This document shows positions 48,905 to 60,836 of a stretch of 62,142 nt of DNA, in pieces. The translations under genes and the position numbers were made by a program. The notes below the pieces were generated by a model. It saw only the letters and a list, made by a program, of their open reading frames with translations, made no database searches and had not been told where the DNA came from. The first letter of the stretch is position 1. Each line of letters starts with the position of its first letter. Location of the stretch: NCBI GenBank assembly GCA_937907305.1, contig CALERQ010000194.1, positions 1-62,142 on the forward strand, in the 5' to 3' direction. The stretch is from an uncultured Clostridia bacterium (GTDB taxonomy: Bacteria > Bacillota > Clostridia > Oscillospirales > Ruminococcaceae).

Positions 48905-49123
48905 ATGGGTACTTTTGTTGCAATCGGCGCGGGTATCGCGGTTCTCACCGGCATTGGCGCCGGCATCGGCATTGGTATTGCTACCGGTAAGGCCACCGAG
49001 GCAGTAGCCCGTCAGCCGGAGGCGGACGGCAAGATCAGTAAGCTGCTGCTGCTGGGCTGCGCCCTGGCGGAAGCCACCGCCATCTACGGCTTTGTTATTG
49101 CCCTGCTGCTGCTGGTACTGTAA
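48905..49123 (+). CDS. atpE: F0 subunit c (EAT motif, likely H+-type)
   Basis: [21 protein letters not shown]. Confidence 0.97.
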   Translation: MGTFVAIGAGIAVLTGIGAGIGIGIATGKATEAVARQPEADGKISKLLLLGCALAEATAIYGFVIALLLLVL

Positions 49124-49155
49124 GCGAAAAATAGAGAAAGGAAGGCAAGAGCAAG

Positions 49156-49656
49156 ATGCTGAGATTAGATATCAATCTCGTATTTACCGTCATCAATCTG
49201 CTGGTTCTCTATTTCTTCATGCGCAAGTTTTTGTTCGGCCGGGTCAATAAGATCCTGGAAGAACGCAAAGCGCTCATCGAGAAGCAGTTTGCCGATGCCC
49301 AGGCTGCCCAGGACGCGGCTGACGGCATGAAGACGGAGTATGAAAATAAGCTGGCCGCCGCCCAGGGCGAGGGCGAGGAGATCATAGCGCGCGCGAAGGC
49401 CGAGGCAAAAGAGCAGAGCGAAAAGCTGCTGGCTGCCACCGATGCCGAGCTGGAGCAGAAGCGCCGCCGGGCCGAGGAAACCATGGCGGTGGAGCGTGCC
49501 AACGCCCTGCGGGATATGAAGAGCGAGATCGCCACTTTGGTGATAGACGCCGCGGCCAAGGCGGTAGGCGACCGGAACACCGAGCAGCAGGACAGAATGC
49601 TGTACGATAAGTTTATCGCGGAAGCAGGTGAAGCACATGGCGGCAAGATCCAGTGA
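49156..49656 (+). CDS. atpF: F0 subunit b
   Basis: N-terminal TM, long coiled coil, operon position. Confidence 0.93.
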   Translation: MLRLDINLVFTVINLLVLYFFMRKFLFGRVNKILEERKALIEKQFADAQAAQDAADGMKTEYENKLAAAQGEGEEIIARAKAEAKEQSEKLLAATDAELEQKRRRAEETMAVERANALRDMKSEIATLVIDAAAKAVGDRNTEQQDRMLYDKFIAEAGEAHGGKIQ

Positions 49657-51487
49657 CGGCAAGCTGCAGGAGCTGCTGGGCACCCTGAAGACGGACGGCG
49701 TGGAAGCGCTGGACCAGCTGATGGACGCCTATGAGGAGCGCCGGGCCGAACGGGCGAGCCGTCCAAAAGCGATCCTGCGGTATGTGACCCCCCCGACTGC
49801 CGAACAGCTGGGGCAGATTCGGGACTTTTTGCGGAAGAAGTACGAAAACGAAGAGCTGCCGCTGGAGCTGGTGGAGGATAAAAGCCTGCTGGGCGGTTTC
49901 TGCATCACGGTGGGCAGCGAGGAATACGACTGGAGCATGAAGGGCCGCCTGACCCAGATGAGAAACCGTCTGACCCAGACGCCCCAGATGCTTTCCGATT
50001 CCAGCGAGGTCATTGACCTGCTGCGCACCGAAATAGACGCGGCCGCCTTTGACGGCAAGGACCACGAAGTGGGCGAGATCCTGCGGGTGGGCGACGGTGT
50101 TGCCACCGTTTCCGGCATCCGTCATGCCGCCTACGGCGAGATCGTGCAGTTTGAAAGCGGCGTAAAGGGCATGGTACAGGATATCCGCCGCGAGGAGACC
50201 GGTATCATCCTGCTGGGCAGCGAAAAGGGCCTTTTGGCCGGCGGGCGCGTGGTGCGTACCGAGCGCCGCGCGGGTGTGCCGGTGGGCGAGGCCTTCCTGG
50301 GCCGTGTGGTGGATGCCATGGGCACCCCCATTGACGGCAAGGGCGAGGCGGTGCCGGCCGGTTACCGTCCCATCGAAAATGCCGCCCCCGGCATCAAGGA
50401 CAGAAAGTCCGTCTCGGTCCCGATGGAGACCGGTATTCTGGCCATTGACAGTATGTTCCCCATTGGACGGGGACAGCGTGAGCTGATCATCGGCGACCGG
50501 CAGACCGGCAAGACCTCCATTGCCACCGATACCATCCTGAACCAGAAGGGCAAGGGGGTCATCTGCATCTATGTGGCCATTGGGCAGAAGGCCTCCACCG
50601 TGGCCAAGGTGGTTTCCACCCTGCAAAACCACGGAGCCATGGAGTATTCCATCGTGGTTTCGGCCACAGCCAGCGATCCGGCCTCCCTGCAATACATTGC
50701 CCCCTATGCCGGTACCGCTATGGCGGAGTACTTTATGTACCAGGGACGAGATGTCCTCATCATCTACGATGATCTTTCCAAGCACGCGGTGGCCTATCGT
50801 TCGCTGTCGCTCATTCTGGAGCGCAGCCCCGGCCGTGAGGCCTACCCCGGCGATGTATTCTACCTGCACAGCCGCCTGCTGGAGCGCAGCAGCCGTCTGA
50901 CCCCTGAAATGGGCGGCGGTTCCATTACCGCGCTGCCCATCATCGAAACGCAGGCCGGCGATGTTTCGGCTTATATTCCCACCAATGTTATTTCCATCAC
51001 CGATGGTCAGATCTACCTGGAGACCAATCTCTTTAACGCGGGCCAGCGCCCGGCCGTCAATGTCGGCCTTTCGGTTTCCCGCGTGGGCGGCGCCGCCCAG
51101 ACCAAGGCCATGAAAAAGGCCAGCGGTTCCATCCGCATTGACCTGGCGCAGTACCGCGAGATGGAGGTCTTTACGCAGTTCAGCAGCGACCTGGATGACA
51201 CCACCCGGGAGCAGCTGGCCTACGGCAAGGGCCTGATGGAGGTGCTGAAGCAGCCGCTGTACCGTCCGCTTTCCATGGCGGAGCAGGTCATCACCCTGGT
51301 GGTGGCTACGGCCAAGGGCTTCCTGGAGGTGCCGCTGGCGAAGATCAAGGATTACCAGATGGGACTTCTGGACTACATCCGGGAGAACCATGGGGAGATC
51401 GTGACCGAGCTGGAGGAGACCAAGGCCCTGACCGACGAGCTGCGGCAGGCGATCCTGACGGCGGCCGCCGAATACAAGGGCAGGTGA
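49637..51487 (+). CDS. atpA: F1 subunit alpha with N-terminal fused delta (OSCP) C-domain
   Basis: EDKSLLGGF.I.VG...YDWS.KGRL delta-like segment in frame with GDRQTGKT, PGREAYPGDVFYLHSRLLER. Confidence 0.93.
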   Translation: MAARSSDGKLQELLGTLKTDGVEALDQLMDAYEERRAERASRPKAILRYVTPPTAEQLGQIRDFLRKKYENEELPLELVEDKSLLGGFCITVGSEEYDWSMKGRLTQMRNRLTQTPQMLSDSSEVIDLLRTEIDAAAFDGKDHEVGEILRVGDGVATVSGIRHAAYGEIVQFESGVKGMVQDIRREETGIILLGSEKGLLAGGRVVRTERRAGVPVGEAFLGRVVDAMGTPIDGKGEAVPAGYRPIENAAPGIKDRKSVSVPMETGILAIDSMFPIGRGQRELIIGDRQTGKTSIATDTILNQKGKGVICIYVAIGQKASTVAKVVSTLQNHGAMEYSIVVSATASDPASLQYIAPYAGTAMAEYFMYQGRDVLIIYDDLSKHAVAYRSLSLILERSPGREAYPGDVFYLHSRLLERSSRLTPEMGGGSITALPIIETQAGDVSAYIPTNVISITDGQIYLETNLFNAGQRPAVNVGLSVSRVGGAAQTKAMKKASGSIRIDLAQYREMEVFTQFSSDLDDTTREQLAYGKGLMEVLKQPLYRPLSMAEQVITLVVATAKGFLEVPLAKIKDYQMGLLDYIRENHGEIVTELEETKALTDELRQAILTAAAEYKGR

Positions 51488-51491
51488 CGGT

Positions 51492-53767
<2,276 letters not shown>

Positions 53768-53791
53768 CGACCGGAAAGGAGAGGTGCCAAA

Positions 53792-54202
53792 ATGGAGACC
53801 TTTACCCTGAAGGTGATCGGGTTTTCCCGTGTTTTTTACGAAGGGGAGGCGGTGCAGGTCCAGCTGCCGATCCAGGATGGCTCGATGGGCATTATGGCGC
53901 ACCATGAGGCCGCGGTCATCGGCATTGTGCCGGGGATGATGCGGCTGCAAACGCCGGACGGCGAGTGGCAATCCGCTGTGGTGGATGCGGGCTTTGCCCG
54001 GGTGGGCGAGAATACCGTATCGGTGATGGTGGAAGAGGTGCTGCGGCCTGAGGAGATCGACGAGGAGCGCGAGCGCCGGGCGCTGGCTGAGGCGCAGGAG
54101 GAGCTGCGCCAGAAGCACAGTGTGCTGGAATGCCAAAACGCCGAGATGACCATTCTGCGGAGCCTGGCCAGGCTGCACGCCAAGGGGATTTATCTTTCGT
54201 AA
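53792..54202 (+). CDS. atpC: F1 subunit epsilon
   Basis: G.MGIMAHH, GFA.V, EEID..R, C-terminal helices. Confidence 0.92.
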   Translation: METFTLKVIGFSRVFYEGEAVQVQLPIQDGSMGIMAHHEAAVIGIVPGMMRLQTPDGEWQSAVVDAGFARVGENTVSVMVEEVLRPEEIDEERERRALAEAQEELRQKHSVLECQNAEMTILRSLARLHAKGIYLS

Positions 54203-54281
54203 TATTGATTTTAAGTGACGAAAAGGGAGCTGCCTGCTGGAAAGCGGGCGGCTCCCGTGCTATACTGGGGGAAGAAGAAAA

Positions 54282-54402
54282 GCCTGCGAAGGAGGGGCGG
54301 CGGAGCCGCCGGCCCCTACGGGGCCGGTGACCCGCGCGCCCGCAGGGCGCGCGGGGGCGGGGCGGAGCCCCGCAGCTCCGCCGCAGATGCGGGCCCCGCA
54401 GG
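54282..54402. repeat. GNA-triloop hairpin array (junction-element relative)
   Basis: GGCGGC-GGA-GCCGCC, CCGGCCCC-TAC-GGGGCCGG, CCCGCGCGCCC-GCA-GGGCGCGCGGG. Confidence 0.6.
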
Positions 54403-54424
54403 AAGTGGAGAAGGAGAAAAAGCG

Positions 54425-55252
54425 ATGAGTATATTCTGCTGCCCAAACTGTCAAAAGCCGCTGCGCCGGGAAGAGCACCGGCTGGTGTGCCAGGCGGGGC
54501 ATAGCTTTGATGTGGCGAGGAGCGGGTATGTGAACCTGCTGCTGAGCCAGCAGACCGGCCAGAAGCACCATGGGGATGACAAGCGGATGGTGAAGGCGAG
54601 AAGTGCTTTCCTGGAGCGGGGGTACTACGACCCGATGCGGCAGGCGCTGATAAAGCAGGGCCTGGCGGCGGCAAAGCAGGGCATGACAGTGCTGGATGCT
54701 GGCTGTGGGGAGGGCTACTATACCGCGGAGCTGGCCAAAACGCTGCGGGAGCAGGGATACCGGCCGGAGGTGGCGGGAATCGATATCTCCAAGGCGGCGC
54801 TGCAGGAGGCGGCCAAGCGGGACGGAGAGAGCGAATACGCGGTGGCAAGCTGTTTTCATCTGCCGGTGGCGGGGGGAAGCGTGGACCTGCTGCTTTCGGT
54901 CTTTGCGCCGTACTGTGGGGAGGAGTTCCTGCGGGTGCTGAGGACGGGCGGGCAGTTTATCATGGTCATCCCATTGGAAAATCACCTGTACGGGCTGAAG
55001 GAGGCTATCTACGAAAAACCATACCGCAACGAAGTGAAGCCGTATAAGCTGACAGGTTTCCGGCTGGTGGAGTGCCGGGAGCTGCGGTATGAGATGACGG
55101 TGCGGGGGCAGGAGATCGAAGATCTCTTTATGATGACGCCGTATTACTACAAGACAGGGGCGGCGGACCAGCAAAAGCTGCTGGCGAAAACGGAGCTGAC
55201 GACGCCGGTGGAATTTGCAGTGCTGAGATACGAAAAGGAATATAACGCTTAA
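54425..55252 (+). CDS. RlmA-type 23S rRNA guanine-N1 methyltransferase
   Basis: CPNC...C..GHSFD.A..GYVNL, GD...M..AR..FL..GYY, LDAGCGEGYY, MTPY. Confidence 0.85.
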   Translation: MSIFCCPNCQKPLRREEHRLVCQAGHSFDVARSGYVNLLLSQQTGQKHHGDDKRMVKARSAFLERGYYDPMRQALIKQGLAAAKQGMTVLDAGCGEGYYTAELAKTLREQGYRPEVAGIDISKAALQEAAKRDGESEYAVASCFHLPVAGGSVDLLLSVFAPYCGEEFLRVLRTGGQFIMVIPLENHLYGLKEAIYEKPYRNEVKPYKLTGFRLVECRELRYEMTVRGQEIEDLFMMTPYYYKTGAADQQKLLAKTELTTPVEFAVLRYEKEYNA

Positions 55253-55324
55253 TTACTACAAATAGTATAATTTGAGACAAAAAGGTAGGGCAACTCTTTG
55301 ATGCAGGTGCGTGGGGAGCGGAAG

Positions 55325-55412
55325 GCGGCCCGCAGGGCAATTCGTCCGCAGGACGAATTCGGCGGCCGGAGGCCGCCTGCGGCGCCGGAACGGCGCCGGC
55401 CCTGCGGGCCGT
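55325..55412. repeat. Four-way-junction/GNA-triloop element 3
   Basis: Outer stem GCGGCCCGCAGGGC/GCCCTGCGGGCCGT encloses three hairpins with loops GCA, GGA, GAA. Confidence 0.8.
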
Positions 55413-55563
55413 ATCCCGGATGCTGCAGGGACTGGCGGAGGGGAAAATGTCATGGCAGAAACCTGCCGATACAGGTAAATCAAAGCAAAAAATCATTCCC
55501 GGTAGGTGCTGCATGATACACCCGCCGGGAATGATTTGTATAAAAAGGAGTAAGGATGGTAAA

Positions 55564-56274
55564 TTAACCGCCGAGGTAGGCCTTCTGTACCTGGTCGCTG
55601 GCCATCAGCTCAGCACCAGTGCCGGAAAGGACGATGCGGCCGGTTTCCAGGACATAGGCCCGGTCGGCGACCTCCAGGGCGGCCTGGGCGTTCTGTTCGA
55701 CCAGGAGGATGGTGGTGCCGGAAGCGTGCAGTTCCCGGATGATTCCGAAAATCTGCTCCACCAGGATGGGGGCCAGACCCATGGAGGGTTCATCCAGCAT
55801 CAGCAGCTTGGGGTGGCTCATCAGGGCGCGGCCCATGGCCAGCATCTGCTGTTCACCGCCGGAAAGAGTACCGGCGATTTGCTTACGGCGCTCCAGCAGG
55901 CGGGGGAAGCGCTGATAAACGCTTTCCAGGTCCGCCTCGATACCGGAGGAGGGTTGGGAAAAGGCACCCATCTCCAGGTTTTCCTGCACCGTCATCTGCA
56001 AAAAGACATGGCGGCCTTCCGGGACCTGGGCCAGGCCCATGCCTACCAGCTTGTGGGCGGGAACGCCGCGCAGATCTTTCCCGTGGAAGAGGATGGAGCC
56101 GGAGCGGGGATGCAGAAGTCCTGAAACGGTATTCAGGATAGTGGATTTACCGGCACCGTTGGCGCCGATGAGGGTGACGACCTCGCCCTCGTGGACCTCG
56201 AAGGAAACGCCCTTAACGGCGTGGATGCTGCCATAATAGACATGGAGATCACTGACTTTCAGCATTTCACTCAT
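55564..56274 (-). CDS. livF: Branched-chain amino acid ABC transporter ATPase
   Basis: GANGAGKS, VPEGR, LSGGEQQMLA, LDEPSMGLAP. Confidence 0.93.
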   Translation of the reverse strand: MSEMLKVSDLHVYYGSIHAVKGVSFEVHEGEVVTLIGANGAGKSTILNTVSGLLHPRSGSILFHGKDLRGVPAHKLVGMGLAQVPEGRHVFLQMTVQENLEMGAFSQPSSGIEADLESVYQRFPRLLERRKQIAGTLSGGEQQMLAMGRALMSHPKLLMLDEPSMGLAPILVEQIFGIIRELHASGTTILLVEQNAQAALEVADRAYVLETGRIVLSGTGAELMASDQVQKAYLGG

Positions 56275-56277
56275 GGG

Positions 56278-57132
56278 TTACGCCTCCTTTTTACGGCCCA
56301 GGTAGGCCTCGATGACCTTGGGATCGGATTGGATATCCTCTGGGGAGCCCTTGGCGATGATGCGGCCGAAGCTGAGCACGGCGATGCCCTCGCAGATATT
56401 CATAACAAGGCTCATATCGTGCTCGATGAGGAGCACGGCGATTTTGAAGGTATCGCGGATGGTGCGGATATTTTCCATCAGTTCGGCTGTTTCGGAGGGG
56501 TTCATGCCCGCGGCGGGTTCATCCAGCAGCAGCAGGCAGGGGTTGGTGGCCAGGGCACGCAGGATCTCCAGCCGGCGCTGGGCACCGTAGGGCAGACTGC
56601 CCGCCTTAGCGTTCGCGAACTGCTCCATGTGGAAGATGGAGAGCAGCTCCATGGCGCGCTCGTGGGCGATGCGCTCGCCCTTCCAGTAGGAGGGCAGGCG
56701 GAAGATGCCGCTGGCCATATTGTACTTGATCTGACTGCTCATGGCGACGGTGATGTTTTCCTCCACCGTCAGCTCCGAAAACAGGCGGATATTCTGGAAG
56801 GTACGGGCGATGCCGGCGCGGTTGACCTGCGCGGTGGTCATGCCGTGGATATCTTTGCCGTCCAGCAGGATGGTACCATGGGTGGGCTGATAGACCTTGG
56901 TGAGCAGATTGAAGATGGTGGTCTTGCCGGCGCCGTTAGGGCCGATGAGCCCGGCGATCTCGGTGCGGCCGATGGTGATATCAAAGTTATCCACGGCCTT
57001 GAGGCCGCCAAAGGTCACGCCCAGATCGATGCACTCCAGGATGGGGCTGACGGAGGCGTCACGCTCCGGCAGGAGGGCAACGCTGCGGTTGACCGGGACC
57101 AGCTTGGTTTTATTGTGGGTCTTGACAGACAT
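56278..57132 (-). CDS. livG: Branched-chain amino acid ABC transporter ATPase
   Basis: GPNGAGKTT, RTFQNIRLF, LPYG.QRRLEI, LDEPAAG. Confidence 0.93.
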   Translation of the reverse strand: MSVKTHNKTKLVPVNRSVALLPERDASVSPILECIDLGVTFGGLKAVDNFDITIGRTEIAGLIGPNGAGKTTIFNLLTKVYQPTHGTILLDGKDIHGMTTAQVNRAGIARTFQNIRLFSELTVEENITVAMSSQIKYNMASGIFRLPSYWKGERIAHERAMELLSIFHMEQFANAKAGSLPYGAQRRLEILRALATNPCLLLLDEPAAGMNPSETAELMENIRTIRDTFKIAVLLIEHDMSLVMNICEGIAVLSFGRIIAKGSPEDIQSDPKVIEAYLGRKKEA

Positions 57133-58146
57133 TTAAGCGCCCTCCTTCTGCAGAGATTTGGCCTTTTTCTTTTTGGCGCGGCGCAGCAGCTCGGCCGGGG
57201 AGATGCGGTGGAAAAATTCCTTCATGGTAGGATTATTGGTGGCCAGCATGACGATGATGAGCACGATGGCGTAGAGAAGCATCCGATAATCGGCAAACTC
57301 ACGCATGGCCTCCGGCAGGGCGGTAAGCACAATGGCGGCGATGATGGAGCCGGGGATGCTGCCCATGCCGCCCAGTACCACGATGACCAGGATCTCGATG
57401 GACATATTGTAATCGAAGGTGGCGGCCTTGACATTGGCGAAGAAGTGGCCGTACAGTACACCGGCTGCCCCCGCAAAGAAAGCGGCCAGCATGAATACCG
57501 TGAGCTTGTAGCGGGTGACATCAATGCCGACCGATTCCGCGGCGATGCGGTTATCCCGGATGGCCATGATGGCCCGGCCCTGCTTGGAACGCTTGAGATT
57601 CATCATCACAAGGACGGTGAGCAGCACCAGGATAACAGCGTAGGGCAGGAGCTTTTTGGCATTGGAATAGATGGGGTTGGTATTGAGGCCCAGAGCGCCG
57701 CCGGTAAAATCAAGATTGGTGATGATGTTCTTGATGATCTCGCCGCAGGCCAGGGTGACGATAGCGAGATAGTCGCCCTTGAGCCGCAGAGCGGGCAGAC
57801 CGACCGCGAGGCCGAAGAGCGCCGCCACCAGGCCGCCGACGACCATGGAAAGGGGCAGGCGGACCGCCATGGGCAGGACATCCACCAGGGCGATGGACAA
57901 AAGGCAGCCGGAGAAAAGACCAACCGACATGAACCCGGCGTGGCCCAGGGACAGCTCTCCCAAAAGGCCGACAACGAGATTGAGCGAGACCGCCAGCACG
58001 ATGTAGACCGAAATGGGGATGATCATATTGGAGAACTGGCGGGTGAGGCTGCCGCCGTACAGCAGGTAGGCGACCACAGCGTAAACCGCTGCGACCAGGA
58101 TGAAGGTCAGAAGATCGCCGGAAAATTTGATTTTTTTCTGTTTCAT
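57133..58146 (-). CDS. livM: Branched-chain amino acid ABC transporter permease
   Basis: LSLGHAGF, LRLKGDYLAIVTLA, VLGGMGS. Confidence 0.92.
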   Translation of the reverse strand: MKQKKIKFSGDLLTFILVAAVYAVVAYLLYGGSLTRQFSNMIIPISVYIVLAVSLNLVVGLLGELSLGHAGFMSVGLFSGCLLSIALVDVLPMAVRLPLSMVVGGLVAALFGLAVGLPALRLKGDYLAIVTLACGEIIKNIITNLDFTGGALGLNTNPIYSNAKKLLPYAVILVLLTVLVMMNLKRSKQGRAIMAIRDNRIAAESVGIDVTRYKLTVFMLAAFFAGAAGVLYGHFFANVKAATFDYNMSIEILVIVVLGGMGSIPGSIIAAIVLTALPEAMREFADYRMLLYAIVLIIVMLATNNPTMKEFFHRISPAELLRRAKKKKAKSLQKEGA

Positions 58147-58150
58147 CTTC

Positions 58151-59029
58151 TTACACCTTCTCATTCATTGTTTTACCCAGGAGGCCAGTGGGCTTGACCA
58201 CCAGGACCAGGACCAGTACGCCAAAGACGATGGCATCGGCCCAAAGGGTAGAAATATAAGTTTTGGAGAGCTGCTCGATGAGGCCGAGCAGGATGCCGCC
58301 CAGCATGGCGCCGGGTACCGAGCCGATACCGCCGAATACAGCCGCCGTAAAGGCCTTGATGCCGGGCATGGCGCCGGTGGTGGGCTTGATGTAGATATAG
58401 GACATGCCATAGAAGATGCTGGCGACAGCAGCCAGCGCAGAGCCGATGGCAAAGGTGATGGAAATGGTGCGGTTGACACTGATGCCCATGAGCGCGGCGG
58501 CGGCTTTATCCTCGCTGACGGCCCGCATGGCCTTGCCCATACGGGTGCGGTTGATGAAGAAGGAAAGCACCACCATGATGAGCGCGGTGACCAGCAGGGT
58601 GAGGATGGTGATGCCATCGATGGTGACGCTGCCGAGGGTGACCTGGCCCAGCTGAACAATGGTGGGATAGGCTTTCTGCTGGGAACCGAAAAGGATCAGG
58701 GCGAGGTTCTGCAAAAAGTAGCTGACGCCGATGGCGGTGATGAGCACGCTGAGGGGCGGCGCCTGGCGCAGCGGCTTATAGGCCAAAAATTCGATGAGGA
58801 CGCCGAGCAGCGCACAGATAAGGATGCTGAGCAGCACGGCGATGAGGGGCGGCAGGCCCATCTGCGCCACAGCGATGATGCCGGCGTAAGCGCCGATCAT
58901 GATGATATCGCCGTGGGCAAAGTTCAGCATCTTGGCGATGCCGTACACCATGGTGTAGCCCAGCGCGATGAGGGCATAAATGCTGCCCAGACTGAGTCCG
59001 CTGATTAAGGTTTGGATAAAGTGAGTCAT
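58151..59029 (-). CDS. livH: Branched-chain amino acid ABC transporter permease
   Basis: YALIALGYTMVYG...NFAHG, KAFTAAV.GGIGS. Confidence 0.93.
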   Translation of the reverse strand: MTHFIQTLISGLSLGSIYALIALGYTMVYGIAKMLNFAHGDIIMIGAYAGIIAVAQMGLPPLIAVLLSILICALLGVLIEFLAYKPLRQAPPLSVLITAIGVSYFLQNLALILFGSQQKAYPTIVQLGQVTLGSVTIDGITILTLLVTALIMVVLSFFINRTRMGKAMRAVSEDKAAAALMGISVNRTISITFAIGSALAAVASIFYGMSYIYIKPTTGAMPGIKAFTAAVFGGIGSVPGAMLGGILLGLIEQLSKTYISTLWADAIVFGVLVLVLVVKPTGLLGKTMNEKV

Positions 59030-59145
59030 GGTAAGTTCAATCCTTTAATAAGTAGGCTTGCTCCTCCGGACAGGAGACCTGCCCGGAGGGAGCCGCTTTG
59101 AGGAGATTAGAGATAAGAAAGAAATGAAGAATGAAGATAGCTTAA

Positions 59146-60306
59146 TTAGTCCTGAGAATCAAACAGGGAGCCGACACCATCATAGTAGAGGATAGCGCTG
59201 GCGGGCTTATTGGTGTTGCCATCGGCGGTCCAGGTCATGGTGCCGGTAACACCCTCGACGGTGAGGGAGGTAAGAGCGGAAGCGAGTGCCGCGCCGCTGG
59301 TGGAGCCGGCTTTTTCGACGGCAGCCTTGATGACATAGATGGCGTCATAGGCATCGGCAGCGAACTGATCAGGGGTGGCACCGTAGGCTTCCTGGTACTT
59401 CTTGACGAAGCTCTGAACATTCTCAGCGGGGTTATCGGCAGCGAAGGGGGTGAGCATCAGAACGTTGTTGGCGATGGAAGTATCCTGCTCGACCTTGCCG
59501 AGGATGCCATCGAGGCCATCGGCACCGAAGAAGTAAACATCATCGGCAAACTTGCCGCGCGCCTGGGTGAGGAAAGTAGAGGCTTCCTCCGCGTAGAGGG
59601 GGATAAATACCAGCTTGACGCCGGAGCCCACCAACGCATTGACCTGGGTGGAGAAATCGGTATTGGTGGTGGAGGTGAAGGTCTGGGTCTCGGCGATGGT
59701 GATGCCCAGCTCGCCGCACTTCTCTACGAAAGCATTATACAGACCAACGGAATAATCGTTATCACTCTGATAGAGGATGCCAACGGTATCGACCATGTTG
59801 TTATCCTTGATGTACTGGGCAGCGGCAGCGCCCTGATAGGAATCGTAGAAGCAGATGCGGAAAGCCTTATCGTTGCCCTCGATGCACTTATCGGCGGAGC
59901 CGGAGGGGGTGAGCAGAAGAACATCATCATCACGGGCGGCGGCAACAACGGAGGCGTTTTCACCGGAGAGAACGCAGCCGAGGGAAACCTCCATGCCCCA
60001 GTCCATCAGCTTGCCATAGGCATTGACGGCGCTGTCGGATTTACCCTGGGAATCCTGATAGCTGAGTTCGACCTGCTTGCCAGCGATGCCGCCGGCTTCG
60101 TTGATCTCCTTGACGGCCAGCTCTGCGCCGTTCTTTTCGGACAGACCGTAGTTGGCATAAGCGCCGGTGAGGGGGCCGATGCCGCCGATCTTGACAGTGG
60201 TGGCGTCGGGGGTATCATTGCCGCCATTGTTGGCGGGTTCGCCGCCGCAGGCGGCCAGGGCTGCTACCATAAGAACAGCCATCATCATGCACAGAAACTT
60301 TTTCAT
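59146..60306 (-). CDS. Branched-chain amino acid-binding lipoprotein (LivJ/LivK family)
   Basis: LAAC lipobox, PLTG.YA.YG, FRICF.DS.QG, YDA. Confidence 0.9.
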   Translation of the reverse strand: MKKFLCMMMAVLMVAALAACGGEPANNGGNDTPDATTVKIGGIGPLTGAYANYGLSEKNGAELAVKEINEAGGIAGKQVELSYQDSQGKSDSAVNAYGKLMDWGMEVSLGCVLSGENASVVAAARDDDVLLLTPSGSADKCIEGNDKAFRICFYDSYQGAAAAQYIKDNNMVDTVGILYQSDNDYSVGLYNAFVEKCGELGITIAETQTFTSTTNTDFSTQVNALVGSGVKLVFIPLYAEEASTFLTQARGKFADDVYFFGADGLDGILGKVEQDTSIANNVLMLTPFAADNPAENVQSFVKKYQEAYGATPDQFAADAYDAIYVIKAAVEKAGSTSGAALASALTSLTVEGVTGTMTWTADGNTNKPASAILYYDGVGSLFDSQD

Positions 60307-60350
60307 TTTGTTTTACTCCTTTGCTTTTCTAATTTAGAACATATATACAA

Positions 60351-60381
60351 AAAACGGTTCTGCCGTTTGGCAGAACCGCTT
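60351..60381 (-). terminator. Attenuator-type terminator in liv leader
   Basis: GCGGTTCTGCC-AAAC-GGCAGAACCGT followed by T-run, upstream of livJ/K start. Confidence 0.85.
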
Positions 60382-60397
60382 ACTGTATCGGGAACAG

Positions 60398-60622
60398 TTA
60401 TCGCAAATTCATTCCAAGAACGGCCAATATGAACGGCATCATAATCAGCAGGGGCAGTCGAATAATGCCCAGCAGGCTAATAATGACGGCAACAAAAATG
60501 GACGCCATAACCATGGCGCCCATAATAATGACGATATTGGCAGAAGCGGCGCAGGCAGAAGAAGCCTCTGTGCATGCAGAAGCGAAGTGATGATTCTGAT
60601 GGGCGGTAGCGAACTTCATCAT
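60398..60622 (-). CDS. 74-aa Ile/Val/Leu/Met-rich leader ORF (candidate attenuator peptide)
   Basis: AAGGAG RBS; 23 of last 46 codons are I/V/L; stop ~17 nt before terminator. Confidence 0.65.
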   Translation of the reverse strand: MMKFATAHQNHHFASACTEASSACAASANIVIIMGAMVMASIFVAVIISLLGIIRLPLLIMMPFILAVLGMNLR

Positions 60623-60674
60623 GCCGGGGCTCCTTTCCTTCACCGTTTGGGGTGAATCAATCTTTGATGCTGCC

Positions 60675-60703
60675 ATTTTAGCGCTTTAGTTTGCTGCTGT
60701 CAA
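60675..60703 (-). promoter_or_regulatory. SigA promoter of leader/liv operon
   Basis: TTGACA-17-TAAAAT on minus strand. Confidence 0.8.
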
Positions 60704-60836
60704 GACTAAAAAACTGACAAATGCACACAGGAAAACCGATAAAATTTTCGACAACAGGGAGAAAATACACAAATAGGGGGAGATTTATACTGCTTTGTGT
60801 GAAGAAAATTTATCGAGCGCTAAGAAACCATAAATA

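Noticed and set aside
48905..49123. Na+-translocating ATP synthase
   Set aside because: Subunit c has E-A-T and no Gln/Glu in helix 1, so the Na+ signature is absent.
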